A stretch of DNA of 64,000 bases, from positions 365,299 to 429,298 of the forward strand of contig OZ244141.1 of NCBI GenBank assembly GCA_965216295.1, in the 5' to 3' direction. Of the stretch, positions 54,757-62,847 are shown in pieces (the first letter of the stretch is position 1; each line of letters opens with the position of its first letter). The notes under the pieces were generated by a model. The model saw only the letters and a list, made by a program, of their open reading frames with translations, did no database searches and had not been told where the DNA came from. This stretch comes from Minisyncoccota bacterium (GTDB taxonomy: Bacteria; Patescibacteriota; Minisyncoccia; Phycocordibacterales; JABAAK01). The position numbers and the translations under genes were made by a program.

Positions 54757-56628
54757 CTATTTGTCACCATCCGAAGGTGTGTTTCCTTCGTGTCCTTTGG
54801 TATCACCTTCTGGTGGTTTTTCTTGTTTCGGTGGTTGCTGTTCATCTCTTTTGGCGTGCTTTGAAAAGATTTGAGATGCAGAAGTCAATGCGTTTTGTAT
54901 ATCTTCAGAACTCTCTTTTGCCTTTGCTTCTCGTAGCGCTGTCAGCGCTTGTTCTATTTCTTTTTTTGCTTCTTCAGAGAGGTCTGGTTGTTTGAGAATC
55001 TTTTCTCCTTCATAGACACCTTGTTCTGCAATGTTACGTGTATTTGCGAGTGTCCGTTTCTTTTCATCTTCTTCTGCGTGTGCTTCTGCAGATCCTTTCA
55101 TACTAGTAACTTCATCGTCTGAAAGTCCTGACGTCGCTTCAATACGAATAGATTGTTGTTTTCCACCATTCTTATCAATCGCAGTAACTTTTAAAATACC
55201 ATCTGTATCAAGATCAAAGGTCACCTCAATTTGTGGTGTTCCTCGTGGAGCGCCACCAATACCATCTAAAATGAAACGCCCTAAGCTTTTGTTATCCCCA
55301 GCCATTGAACGTTCACCTTGAACAATATGAATTTCTACTGTTGTTTGATTATCTGCTGCAGTTGAAAAAACCTGTGAAGCAGATGTTGGCAATGCTGTGT
55401 TTTTTTCAACGAGTTTTGTTGTGACACCACCGAGTGTTTCAATACCTAACGACAACGGCGTTACATCAAGGAGTAGAATGTCACGCACATCACCTGAGAG
55501 AATTCCTCCCTGGATTGCAGCACCAATGGCAACAACTTCATCAGGGTTAATAGATTGGTTTGGATCTTTTCCAAAAAAGTCTTTCACTGCCTTTTGAATC
55601 GCCGGCATTCTTGTTTGACCACCAACCAGGATAATCTCATTGATATCTTTAATTTCAAATGGCGAATCACTCATCACTGATTTCATAATTACAATGGAAC
55701 GATCGATGAATGGTTTCGCTATCTCTTCTAATTTTGCTTGAGATAGTTTAACAAGTAGGTGTTGTGGTCCAGCATCAGTTGACGTGATAAAAGGGATGTT
55801 AATTTCTGTTTCTGGAACACTTGAAAGTTCAATCTTAGCTTTCTCTACCGCTTCATCAAGTCGTTGCAAAGCGAGTGAATCTTTTGAAAGATCAATGCCA
55901 GAACTCTTCTTGAACTCTTGAATCACATACTGTATAGCTGCCCTATCAATATCACGACCACCAAGATGAGAATCACCACCAGTTGCTTTCACTTCAACAA
56001 CATCATCACCAACTTCTAGTATAGAAATATCAAAAGTACCACCACCGAAGTCAAAGACAGCTATTTTCTCATTCTTCTTTTTACCAAACCCATACGCCAA
56101 AGCAGCTGCGGTTGGTTCGTTAATGATACGTTTGACCGTCAAGCCTGCGATTGCCCCAGCATCTTTTGTTGCTTTTCGTTGAGAGTCATTAAAATACGCT
56201 GGCACAGTAATCACCGCTTCAGTCACTTTTTCATTCAATCGTTTTTCCGCATCTTCTTTGAGCTTTCGTAAAATCATTGCAGATATTTCTTCAGGACGAT
56301 ACTCTGAATCCTTTAAGGTAACGGCAACACCACCACCGTCACTCTCTTTCACCTTAAATGAAACAAAAGATATGTCTCGCTTCGCTGATTCATCATTGAA
56401 TTTATGACCTACAAATCGTTTAATACCATAGACAGTATTTTCTGGGTTAGTCACTGCTTGTCTTCGTGCTGTCACACCAACGAGTCGCTCGCCTGTTTTG
56501 GAGATAGCAACAACCGACGGTGTCGTTCGTGCACCTTCTGCATTTTCAATAATCTCCGGACCAGCCGCACTCATTGAAGCAACTGCACAGTTTGTTGTTC
56601 CTAAATCAATACCTATTATCTTTGCCAT
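54757..56628 (-). CDS. dnaK: Molecular chaperone DnaK (Hsp70)
   Basis: '[14 protein letters not shown]', 'DLGGGTFD', '[10 protein letters not shown]'. 623 aa, full-length. Confidence 0.97.
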   Translation of the reverse strand: MAKIIGIDLGTTNCAVASMSAAGPEIIENAEGARTTPSVVAISKTGERLVGVTARRQAVTNPENTVYGIKRFVGHKFNDESAKRDISFVSFKVKESDGGGVAVTLKDSEYRPEEISAMILRKLKEDAEKRLNEKVTEAVITVPAYFNDSQRKATKDAGAIAGLTVKRIINEPTAAALAYGFGKKKNEKIAVFDFGGGTFDISILEVGDDVVEVKATGGDSHLGGRDIDRAAIQYVIQEFKKSSGIDLSKDSLALQRLDEAVEKAKIELSSVPETEINIPFITSTDAGPQHLLVKLSQAKLEEIAKPFIDRSIVIMKSVMSDSPFEIKDINEIILVGGQTRMPAIQKAVKDFFGKDPNQSINPDEVVAIGAAIQGGILSGDVRDILLLDVTPLSLGIETLGGVTTKLVEKNTALPTSASQVFSTAADNQTTVEIHIVQGERSMAGDNKSLGRFILDGIGGAPRGTPQIEVTFDLDTDGILKVTAIDKNGGKQQSIRIEATSGLSDDEVTSMKGSAEAHAEEDEKKRTLANTRNIAEQGVYEGEKILKQPDLSEEAKKEIEQALTALREAKAKESSEDIQNALTSASQIFSKHAKRDEQQPPKQEKPPEGDTKGHEGNTPSDGDK

Positions 56629-56634
56629 ACTTTA

Positions 56635-57201
56635 TTATTTTTTTTCTTGTTTTTTGTTTGTATATACACCAACTCGTACCAAAGGAGCACGGACCGTACT
56701 GCTACCAACCACTACTCCGACAAGTACTACCTGAGTGATGCTGTTTTGTTTTTCCTGAATTGTTACAATATCTTCGCCCACCGACTCATGTTTATGTGGA
56801 TCAAACGTTTCGCCAACTGGTTCAATAACCTCTGCACCGATAGTTCTCAAAGACTGCAAACACTGTGCATAGATGTTCTCAATACCTTTTCGCCACGTAT
56901 CCGTATCTCCCTCTGAAGATGTTTCAAGGGCAGCTCGTGTTGAATCAAGTACGGGAAGTATTTTTTCAACAAAATCAACGAGTGTCCCTTGTCGGTATCG
57001 TTCTATCTGCTCTGCCAATCGTTTCTTTTCATTGAGCGCATCAGCTTTTGCACGTTTCCAACCATCAAGATACTCTTGACGTTCCTTTTCACACACACTG
57101 AGCGAATTCTCCAATGTCTCTACCACCTTTGTTATTTCTTCTCTATCAAATTGATTACTTTCTTTTTTATTTCCTTTGTTTTTCACTTCAGAATCGCTCA
57201 T
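56635..57201 (-). CDS. grpE: Nucleotide exchange factor GrpE
   Basis: Coiled-coil N-terminus and a C-terminal 'FDPHKHESVG...GVVVGSSTVRAPLVRV' GrpE beta domain. Start placed at internal Met (MSDSEVKNK). Confidence 0.8.
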   Translation of the reverse strand: MSDSEVKNKGNKKESNQFDREEITKVVETLENSLSVCEKERQEYLDGWKRAKADALNEKKRLAEQIERYRQGTLVDFVEKILPVLDSTRAALETSSEGDTDTWRKGIENIYAQCLQSLRTIGAEVIEPVGETFDPHKHESVGEDIVTIQEKQNSITQVVLVGVVVGSSTVRAPLVRVGVYTNKKQEKK

Positions 57202-57252
57202 CAGGTACACAATACACGCAAAAATAGAAAAAGGCAAACCACTCACCCACTT

Positions 57253-57663
57253 CTATCGCTTACTCCACTGTGGTGCTTTTCGCGCTTTACGTAGTCCAAA
57301 CTTTTTTCTCTCCTTAACGCGCGAATCACGAGTGAGGAAACCAAGTTTTTTCAATAACTTTCGTTGCGTTTCATCATAGGCAACAATGCTACGAGCGATA
57401 CCATGACGAACCGCATCTGCTTGTGCAGAGGTACCACCACCTTTCACAACAACAGACACTCTCATTTTTTCATCAAGTGTTTCCAAAGGACTTTTAGCTG
57501 TTGAAACGAGATCAACGGTCGGGAAATAATCTTTAATGTCTTTTCCGTTAACAACAAAACCATCTCCCTCCTTTCCTACTTTACTAATGCGCACTCGCGC
57601 AGTGGCTGATTTTCTCCTTCCAACTGCTTCAATATACCCTCCTTTTTCAATATAGTTTTCCAT
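57253..57663 (-). CDS. rpsI: 30S ribosomal protein S9
   Basis: 'AVGRRKSATARVRI' and C-terminal '...RKARKAPQWSKR'. Confidence 0.95.
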   Translation of the reverse strand: MENYIEKGGYIEAVGRRKSATARVRISKVGKEGDGFVVNGKDIKDYFPTVDLVSTAKSPLETLDEKMRVSVVVKGGGTSAQADAVRHGIARSIVAYDETQRKLLKKLGFLTRDSRVKERKKFGLRKARKAPQWSKR

Positions 57664-57664
57664 A

Positions 57665-58024
57665 CTACTCTTGTATTATTAGGTGTTTCATTTTCTTTGC
57701 ACGCAAACGATTATCAGCAAGCATACCATACACTGCTCTGCGAAATATTTCTGAATACCCTTTTTTTCTCACCACTTCATCAAATTTCTCTTCTTTCCTA
57801 CCACCAAAGTAACCACTGTATCGATCATAGATCATTCCTTTTTTCTTACGATTGCTGATTGCTAACTGCGAAACATTGATGACCATCACCTGTTTTTCAG
57901 GTGGTATACCAATGCGCGGAGTATACGATGGAGACCCTTTACCATTTAAAAGTACTGCAACTTCACTAGCAAGTCGCCCTAACTGTTTATTCTTCGCATC
58001 AAGTTTTATAGGTTTCTCTAACAT
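57665..58024 (-). CDS. rplM: 50S ribosomal protein L13
   Basis: Conserved L13 core and its position immediately upstream of rpsI. Confidence 0.85.
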   Translation of the reverse strand: MLEKPIKLDAKNKQLGRLASEVAVLLNGKGSPSYTPRIGIPPEKQVMVINVSQLAISNRKKKGMIYDRYSGYFGGRKEEKFDEVVRKKGYSEIFRRAVYGMLADNRLRAKKMKHLIIQE

Positions 58025-58036
58025 ATCTACACCCTA

Positions 58037-58390
58037 CTATACGAATTCAATAACCGCAACGCGACGACCAGAACCTGGAGTTCCTTCTACTTTGGTGATG
58101 CGAGTATAGCCACCAGAGCGATCTTTGTACCGTGGACCCAAATCATCAAGCAACTTTTTAGCAATATCAGTTTGGTTGTGAAACTGAGAAAGGATGTGAC
58201 GACGAGTGGCAAGATCATTTGTTCGTGCCTTGGTAATTAACTTCTCAACAATAGGACGAATTGCTTTTGCTCGTGCCTCAGTTGTTGTCACACGCTCTTT
58301 TAATATAACAGAACGTGCAAGTGACTCAAAAAACGCACGCCGTTGGTCACGCTCTCTACCAAATTTACTTCCTTTTCTACTGTGACTCAT
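58037..58390 (-). CDS. rplQ: 50S ribosomal protein L17
   Basis: 'MSHSRKGSKFGRERDQRRAFFESLARS...TTEARAKAIRP'. Start at internal Met. The listed ORF's N-terminal extension overlaps rpoA and is rejected. Confidence 0.9.
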   Translation of the reverse strand: MSHSRKGSKFGRERDQRRAFFESLARSVILKERVTTTEARAKAIRPIVEKLITKARTNDLATRRHILSQFHNQTDIAKKLLDDLGPRYKDRSGGYTRITKVEGTPGSGRRVAVIEFV

Positions 58391-58406
58391 AGGTATGTTG
58401 TAATGC

Positions 58407-59345
58407 TTACTGAAGGACAATGCCGTGCTCAGCAAGCGCATGTTCAATTTCATCAAATGCCTTATCACCAATACCAGGAATGTTTTTCACGCCCTGCTTC
58501 CCTTTTTTCACCAACTCTTCTACCTTATCAACATCATTTTTGTTTAAAACAGTGCGTACACTTTTAGTAATCTTGAGAGCATCAATGTCTTTTGAATAGA
58601 CACTACTCACCGCCTCTTGTTCGGCCTTATCAAATTGCTCCTTCATCTGAAAACCAACCATTGCTTCAAACTGAGTAATCATGATACGGATTGATTTATC
58701 AAGTGCCGCTCGTGGTGCAATGGTACCGTCGGTTTCTAATGAGATACGAAGTCGGTTGTAATCAGTACGATTACCGACACGCATGTTCTCAACAGAATAT
58801 GATACTCGTTTCACTGGAGAAAAAGCGGTGTCAAAAGTAATAATGCCAACTTCAGGATTGTCTTTCCTGTCTTGCCGTGATTGAAAACCAATACCACGGT
58901 CAATTTCTGCCTCAACCTCAAACGCTGCATTACTGGCGGTAATCTCTGCAAGTGGGAGATCTGCATTGATGATAGTAATCTGTGACGGTGTTTCAAAGTC
59001 ACCAGCAACCACAACACCCTTTCCTTTCTTTTTCAATGTAATACGTTGTGGAAATTCAATATCATGTGCTGCAATTTTAATTCTCTTGATTCGTAAAATA
59101 ATGGTCAGGACATCTTCCAAGATGCCATCAATAGTAGAGAATTCGTGTGGCACTCCTTTTATTCTTACATTAATAATACCAACGCCAACAACAGAAGAAA
59201 GTAACATTCTCCGAAGTGCGTTGCCCAAGGTATGGCCATATCCAGGATATAGTCCTGCAATTTCATAGACACCAGCTGTCTCAGTTTCAGAGATAGTCTG
59301 TGGTTTTGAAGGTGTCGTTGTATCTAAATACTCAATCATACTCAT
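58407..59345 (-). CDS. rpoA: DNA-directed RNA polymerase subunit alpha
   Basis: N-terminal dimerisation domain ('...LGNALRRMLLSSV') and C-terminal alpha-CTD ('NIPGIGDKAFDEIEHALAEHG'). Start at internal Met (MSMIEY). Confidence 0.9.
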   Translation of the reverse strand: MSMIEYLDTTTPSKPQTISETETAGVYEIAGLYPGYGHTLGNALRRMLLSSVVGVGIINVRIKGVPHEFSTIDGILEDVLTIILRIKRIKIAAHDIEFPQRITLKKKGKGVVVAGDFETPSQITIINADLPLAEITASNAAFEVEAEIDRGIGFQSRQDRKDNPEVGIITFDTAFSPVKRVSYSVENMRVGNRTDYNRLRISLETDGTIAPRAALDKSIRIMITQFEAMVGFQMKEQFDKAEQEAVSSVYSKDIDALKITKSVRTVLNKNDVDKVEELVKKGKQGVKNIPGIGDKAFDEIEHALAEHGIVLQ

Positions 59346-59358
59346 ACTAATCAGTAAT

Positions 59359-59964
59359 TTAACGTGAATAATATTCAAGAACCGTCGGAAGACCAAAAAA
59401 GTCATCGTCGGTAGTGGGGTTTTTGTTGATTGAACCGGTTTTCTTTTTTGTATCCCAGTTCAACCACGGAGCACGACTAGTAATGCCGTCACTCGTTATT
59501 TTTTTAAATAATGTGGTTTGTTTACTCCCTTCACGAATACCAACAATGTCGGTATTACGAACCTGATAGGAGGGTATGGTGCTCTTTCGGTCATTCACAG
59601 TGAAATGCCCGTGTGACACCATTTGTCGTGCCATACGACGCGTATCAGCTAAACCAAGACGATACACCATGTTATCGAGTCGACGTTCTAGAAATTCACC
59701 AAGGGCAACAACAGTGGTCGCTCCTTCTTGTTTCTCTGCCTTTTTTACATACCCTTTGAGAGCACGTTCAGAGATACCGTAAATATACCGAACTTTTTGT
59801 TTCTCTATCAATTGTTTCCCATATTCGGTAACACGTTTTCGACGACGACCAGTCGTCATTGTTCCTTGTCGTTGCTCGCGCAGGGCAAATTTCTGCGTTT
59901 GACATTTCTCAAACACAGGCATTTTGAGTCGGCGACTAATTTTGTACTTTTTGACTGGTTTCAT
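59359..59964 (-). CDS. rpsD: 30S ribosomal protein S4
   Basis: 'MKPVKKYKISRRL...YGKQLIEKQKVRYIYGISERAL...LERRLDNMVYRLGLADTRRMARQMVSHGHFTVNDRKSTIPSYQV'. Start reassigned to an internal ATG at 59964, 5 bp downstream of the rpsK stop. The listed 293-aa ORF over-extends. Confidence 0.92.
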   Translation of the reverse strand: MKPVKKYKISRRLKMPVFEKCQTQKFALREQRQGTMTTGRRRKRVTEYGKQLIEKQKVRYIYGISERALKGYVKKAEKQEGATTVVALGEFLERRLDNMVYRLGLADTRRMARQMVSHGHFTVNDRKSTIPSYQVRNTDIVGIREGSKQTTLFKKITSDGITSRAPWLNWDTKKKTGSINKNPTTDDDFFGLPTVLEYYSR

Positions 59965-59968
59965 ATAT

Positions 59969-60412
59969 CTATCCCCTTCGTGGCTTTCTTCGACGCGGTC
60001 CGTTGTGTGGCACTGGTGTTTTATCTTTAATAGAGAGTATATCAAAACCCCGATTAATGAATGAACGAAGTGCTGATTCTCGTCCTCCACCAACACCCTT
60101 GATAACAATGGACACTTCTTTAACACCAATAGCCTGTGCCTTTTCTGCAATGGCATCAGCAACCTTCGCTGCTGCATATGGCGTTGATTTTTTTGCACTG
60201 TTAAATCCAAGCGCTGTACTCGTCGTCCACATAACAACATTACCGTTTTTCTCAGTAAAGATTACTTTTGTGTTATTAAAGCTTGCTTCGATAAAGACAA
60301 TACCTGAAAGTACTTTTTTCTTGGGTAACTTTGAAAGAACGCGAGTACGACGACCAGTATTAGCACCACCACGTTCAATCTTATCTGCTGTTCTTTTTTT
60401 ACCCATAGACAA
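59969..60412 (-). CDS. rpsK: 30S ribosomal protein S11
   Basis: '...GIVFIEASFNNTKVIFTEKNGNVVMWTTSTALGF...AAAKVADAIAEKAQAIGVKEVSIVIKGVGGGRESALR'. Confidence 0.95.
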   Translation of the reverse strand: MSMGKKRTADKIERGGANTGRRTRVLSKLPKKKVLSGIVFIEASFNNTKVIFTEKNGNVVMWTTSTALGFNSAKKSTPYAAAKVADAIAEKAQAIGVKEVSIVIKGVGGGRESALRSFINRGFDILSIKDKTPVPHNGPRRRKPRRG

Positions 60413-60421
60413 ACACCACGA

Positions 60422-60799
60422 TTATTTCTTTTGCAACTTGACGCGACCAGATCCCATAGTTTTTCGTGGTCCTTTGCGAGTACGAGCATTGGTTTTTGTT
60501 CTTTGACCGCGGACCGGCAAACCAACACTGTGTCGATATCCACGTAATGTCTTTATATCTCTGAGTCGTTTGATGTGTAGAGCAACACTACGACGAAGTT
60601 CACCTTCCGTGAGAAAGGTTTCAATACTTTTTCTAACTTGCTCTTCTTGTTCCTTTGTTAAATCTGACGCATTCGTTGTGTAGGCAATTCCAATAGTATC
60701 AAGTATATGCCGCGCACGAGGACGACCAACCCCATACACTGCTGTAAGTGCAATCGCTAAATGTTTTTTTTCTGGAATAGTGACGCCAACAATACGCAT
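60422..60799 (-). CDS. rpsM: 30S ribosomal protein S13
   Basis: 'MRIVGVTIPEKKHLAIALTAVYGVGRPRARHIL'. Confidence 0.95.
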   Translation of the reverse strand: MRIVGVTIPEKKHLAIALTAVYGVGRPRARHILDTIGIAYTTNASDLTKEQEEQVRKSIETFLTEGELRRSVALHIKRLRDIKTLRGYRHSVGLPVRGQRTKTNARTRKGPRKTMGSGRVKLQKK

Positions 60800-60849
60800 A
60801 AGGTGTTATGATCAAAGGTAAAAAGATTATACAATTAGTTCAAAGATTT

Positions 60850-60966
60850 TTACTTTTGGCGCATTTTTCTTCGCGGGTTTCGTTTATTGATAAGATAGAG
60901 TCTCCCTTTGCGTCGAACAATTTTATCGTCTTTATCTTGTTTTCGTATAGATGTCCGCACTTTCAT
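60850..60966 (-). CDS. rpmJ: 50S ribosomal protein L36, Zn-free (C-minus) variant
   Basis: Manual translation gives [38 protein letters not shown] (38 aa). It aligns to L36 ([37 protein letters not shown]). All four Zn ligands are replaced (C→Q, C→D, C→N, H→R). It sits in the canonical slot between infA and rpsM. Below the 60-aa ORF-track cutoff. Confidence 0.75.
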   Translation of the reverse strand: MKVRTSIRKQDKDDKIVRRKGRLYLINKRNPRRKMRQK

Positions 60967-61005
60967 ATTTCTCGCCATGTAAAAGCTCGCACACAGGTTT
61001 GTCAA

Positions 61006-61224
61006 TTATAAACGCCTTGTAATTCTTGCCTTTCCGCCATACTTATCGGGAACCAATTGAACTCGATCACCAACAAGTATTTTAATACGATTCATTCGCA
61101 TTTTACCAGAAAGATACGCAAGTAACTGTGTACCAGTGTCTTCTGCTGTAACGCGAAACAAAACATTCGGCAGTGCCTCGTCGACACGACCAGTGATGAC
61201 ATCCTTAATATCTGCTTTTGACAT
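61006..61224 (-). CDS. infA: Translation initiation factor IF-1
   Basis: 72 aa with an S1-like OB fold: 'ITGRVDEALPNVLFRV...GKMRMNRIKILVGDRVQLVPDKYGGKARI'. Confidence 0.92.
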   Translation of the reverse strand: MSKADIKDVITGRVDEALPNVLFRVTAEDTGTQLLAYLSGKMRMNRIKILVGDRVQLVPDKYGGKARITRRL

Positions 61225-61273
61225 TACAGCGCTTTCATTCTAACACGCGACACAAGAAAAAAGCAATATAACT

Positions 61274-61918
61274 TTAAAAATATGACTCTTTTCTGAATTG
61301 GTCAATAGCTTTGTGCGATCCAGAGAGAAGTACTTTCGGAACCTTATAGGTCTTTCCTTTCCACTGTATACTCTCTGGTCTGGTATATACCCTATCGCTA
61401 CTCACCCGATTCGATTCAAGGGATTCGCAATTACCCAAAACTCCAGGAATTTCCCTAATAGTAGCATCTGCAATCGCTAACGCTGGTAATTCGCCTCCAG
61501 TGAGGGTATAGGAGCCAATAGAGACCCGTTCTGCTCCAGTTGCTTCCACCACTCGATCGTCAATTCCTTCATAATGACCAGCGATAATAACGAGATGCTT
61601 TGTTTTCACAGCATACTCTCTGGCTTTCTTTTGTGTAAAGATTGTACCAGACGGTGTGAGAAATATGGTATGTACTGATTTTTTTCTCCCACATGCAGCA
61701 GCGTGCGCACGTAACACAGGAAACGCTTCTAAAACCATCCCTGGCCCACCACCATACGCACGCCTATCAATACGCCCTCCATCTCGTTCTGCGTAATCAA
61801 TGGGATTGTAAAACTGAAACGCAACGGTACCACTTTTAACCGCACGACCAACGATGGAAGTCCGGCAATACAGCTCACACACTTCTGGAAACAGTGTTAT
61901 GAGATGAATGGTGAACAT
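61274..61918 (-). CDS. trmD: tRNA (guanine37-N1)-methyltransferase TrmD
   Basis: 'HLITLFPEV...YGGGPGMV', 'HLVIIAGHYEGIDDRV', 'SIGSYTLTGGELPAL'. These are the SPOUT/TrmD motifs. Confidence 0.9.
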   Translation of the reverse strand: MFTIHLITLFPEVCELYCRTSIVGRAVKSGTVAFQFYNPIDYAERDGGRIDRRAYGGGPGMVLEAFPVLRAHAAACGRKKSVHTIFLTPSGTIFTQKKAREYAVKTKHLVIIAGHYEGIDDRVVEATGAERVSIGSYTLTGGELPALAIADATIREIPGVLGNCESLESNRVSSDRVYTRPESIQWKGKTYKVPKVLLSGSHKAIDQFRKESYF

Positions 61919-61924
61919 AGGGGG

Positions 61925-62245
61925 TTACGCACCGCCCTCGTGATGATCGTGATGATCTCTTTGTTCTGGCTTGCGTTGTGGTCGAGTACTGCCTTCTGGT
62001 TCTTCAATGAGAACACTAACTCGTGCTTCATGCTGACCACCATATACGTGCATGATTGTTCTAATTGCTGAAGCGGTACGACCCTGGCTTCCGATGATTT
62101 TACCCATGTCATTTGGATGAACAACAAGAGTCAATTTAATACCCTGTTGGTCACTCTCCTGCTTTACCTGTACTTCATCAGGGGAATCAACAATCTTTTT
62201 TATAATGCTAGTAAGGAACTCTGCCTCTTTCATGTCTTCTGTCAT
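61925..62245 (-). CDS. KH-domain RNA-binding protein (YlqC/UPF0109 family)
   Basis: 'LTLVVHPNDMGKIIGSQGRTASAIRTI' carries the GxxG KH motif. Conserved position between rpsP and trmD. Confidence 0.8.
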   Translation of the reverse strand: MTEDMKEAEFLTSIIKKIVDSPDEVQVKQESDQQGIKLTLVVHPNDMGKIIGSQGRTASAIRTIMHVYGGQHEARVSVLIEEPEGSTRPQRKPEQRDHHDHHEGGA

Positions 62246-62269
62246 AATTTTCTCTTTAATAGTAATTTT

Positions 62270-62782
62270 TTATTGCTCCTTTTCAGAGCCACCGCTTTGT
62301 TGTGTTTTGTTTGAAACTTCTTCTTGAGTATCAGGAACTGTATCAACTGTTGGTGTTTGAGGTTGGTTTTCGCTTTCTTCTTGAGGAGTATCAGAACCTG
62401 TATCAGGTACTGGTGTTTGAGGTTGAGTTTCGTTTTCAGTTTTTACTTCAGATTTCTTTTCATTTTCTTGTGAAGCACTCACTTCTTCTTTTTTGTCACT
62501 CTCTTGGGCAATCGGTTGCTTTTTAGGGAGAACGTTTCGTTTCTTACCTGTGATAATTTTCTCACTCACGAGTAAATTGTGTACTGTATCTGATGGCTGT
62601 GCACCATGACCTATCCAATGCACTATTCGATCAGCATTAAAATTACGAGTTTTTTGTTTTGGATTGTAATTTCCGAGCGATTCAAGATACGCTTTTTGTG
62701 GACCAACTGTTGATTCAACAACAACGAGACGAAACGAAGGGTCGTTACGACGACCAACACGATGAAGCCGAATTTTCAACAT
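62270..62782 (-). CDS. rpsP: 30S ribosomal protein S16 with repetitive acidic/Thr-Pro-rich C-terminal extension
   Basis: 'MLKIRLHRVGRRNDPSFRLVVVES...' is S16. Start at internal Met. The C-terminal ~90 aa (…ENETQPQTPVPDTGSDTPQEESENQPQTPTVDTVPDTQEE…) are encoded by an imperfect ~48-bp tandem repeat at ~62313-62440. Confidence 0.88.
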   Translation of the reverse strand: MLKIRLHRVGRRNDPSFRLVVVESTVGPQKAYLESLGNYNPKQKTRNFNADRIVHWIGHGAQPSDTVHNLLVSEKIITGKKRNVLPKKQPIAQESDKKEEVSASQENEKKSEVKTENETQPQTPVPDTGSDTPQEESENQPQTPTVDTVPDTQEEVSNKTQQSGGSEKEQ

Positions 62783-62847
62783 AGTACTTATCTCAAGTAT
62801 AGTAGCACATCTGTTCGTCTTGTCAATTGATATCGTCATATTCTCAA

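Noticed and set aside
58391-58471. N-terminal 27-aa extension of the rplQ ORF and 20-aa extension of the rpoA ORF as listed
   Set aside because: The extended forms overlap neighbouring genes. Internal Mets match the conserved L17 (MSHSRKGSKFGR) and RpoA (MSMIEY) N-termini, so the shorter forms are reported.
59965-60240. 92-aa N-terminal extension of the rpsD ORF (293 aa as listed)
   Set aside because: It overlaps rpsK on the same strand in another frame. S4 homology begins at the internal Met (MKPVKKYKISRRL), 5 bp after the rpsK stop.
62313-62440. Tandem repeats considered as a possible CRISPR array
   Set aside because: There are only two imperfect adjacent units with no spacers. They are in-frame inside the rpsP C-terminal extension, so this is a coding tandem repeat and not a CRISPR array. 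No CRISPR-like arrays were seen anywhere in the window.
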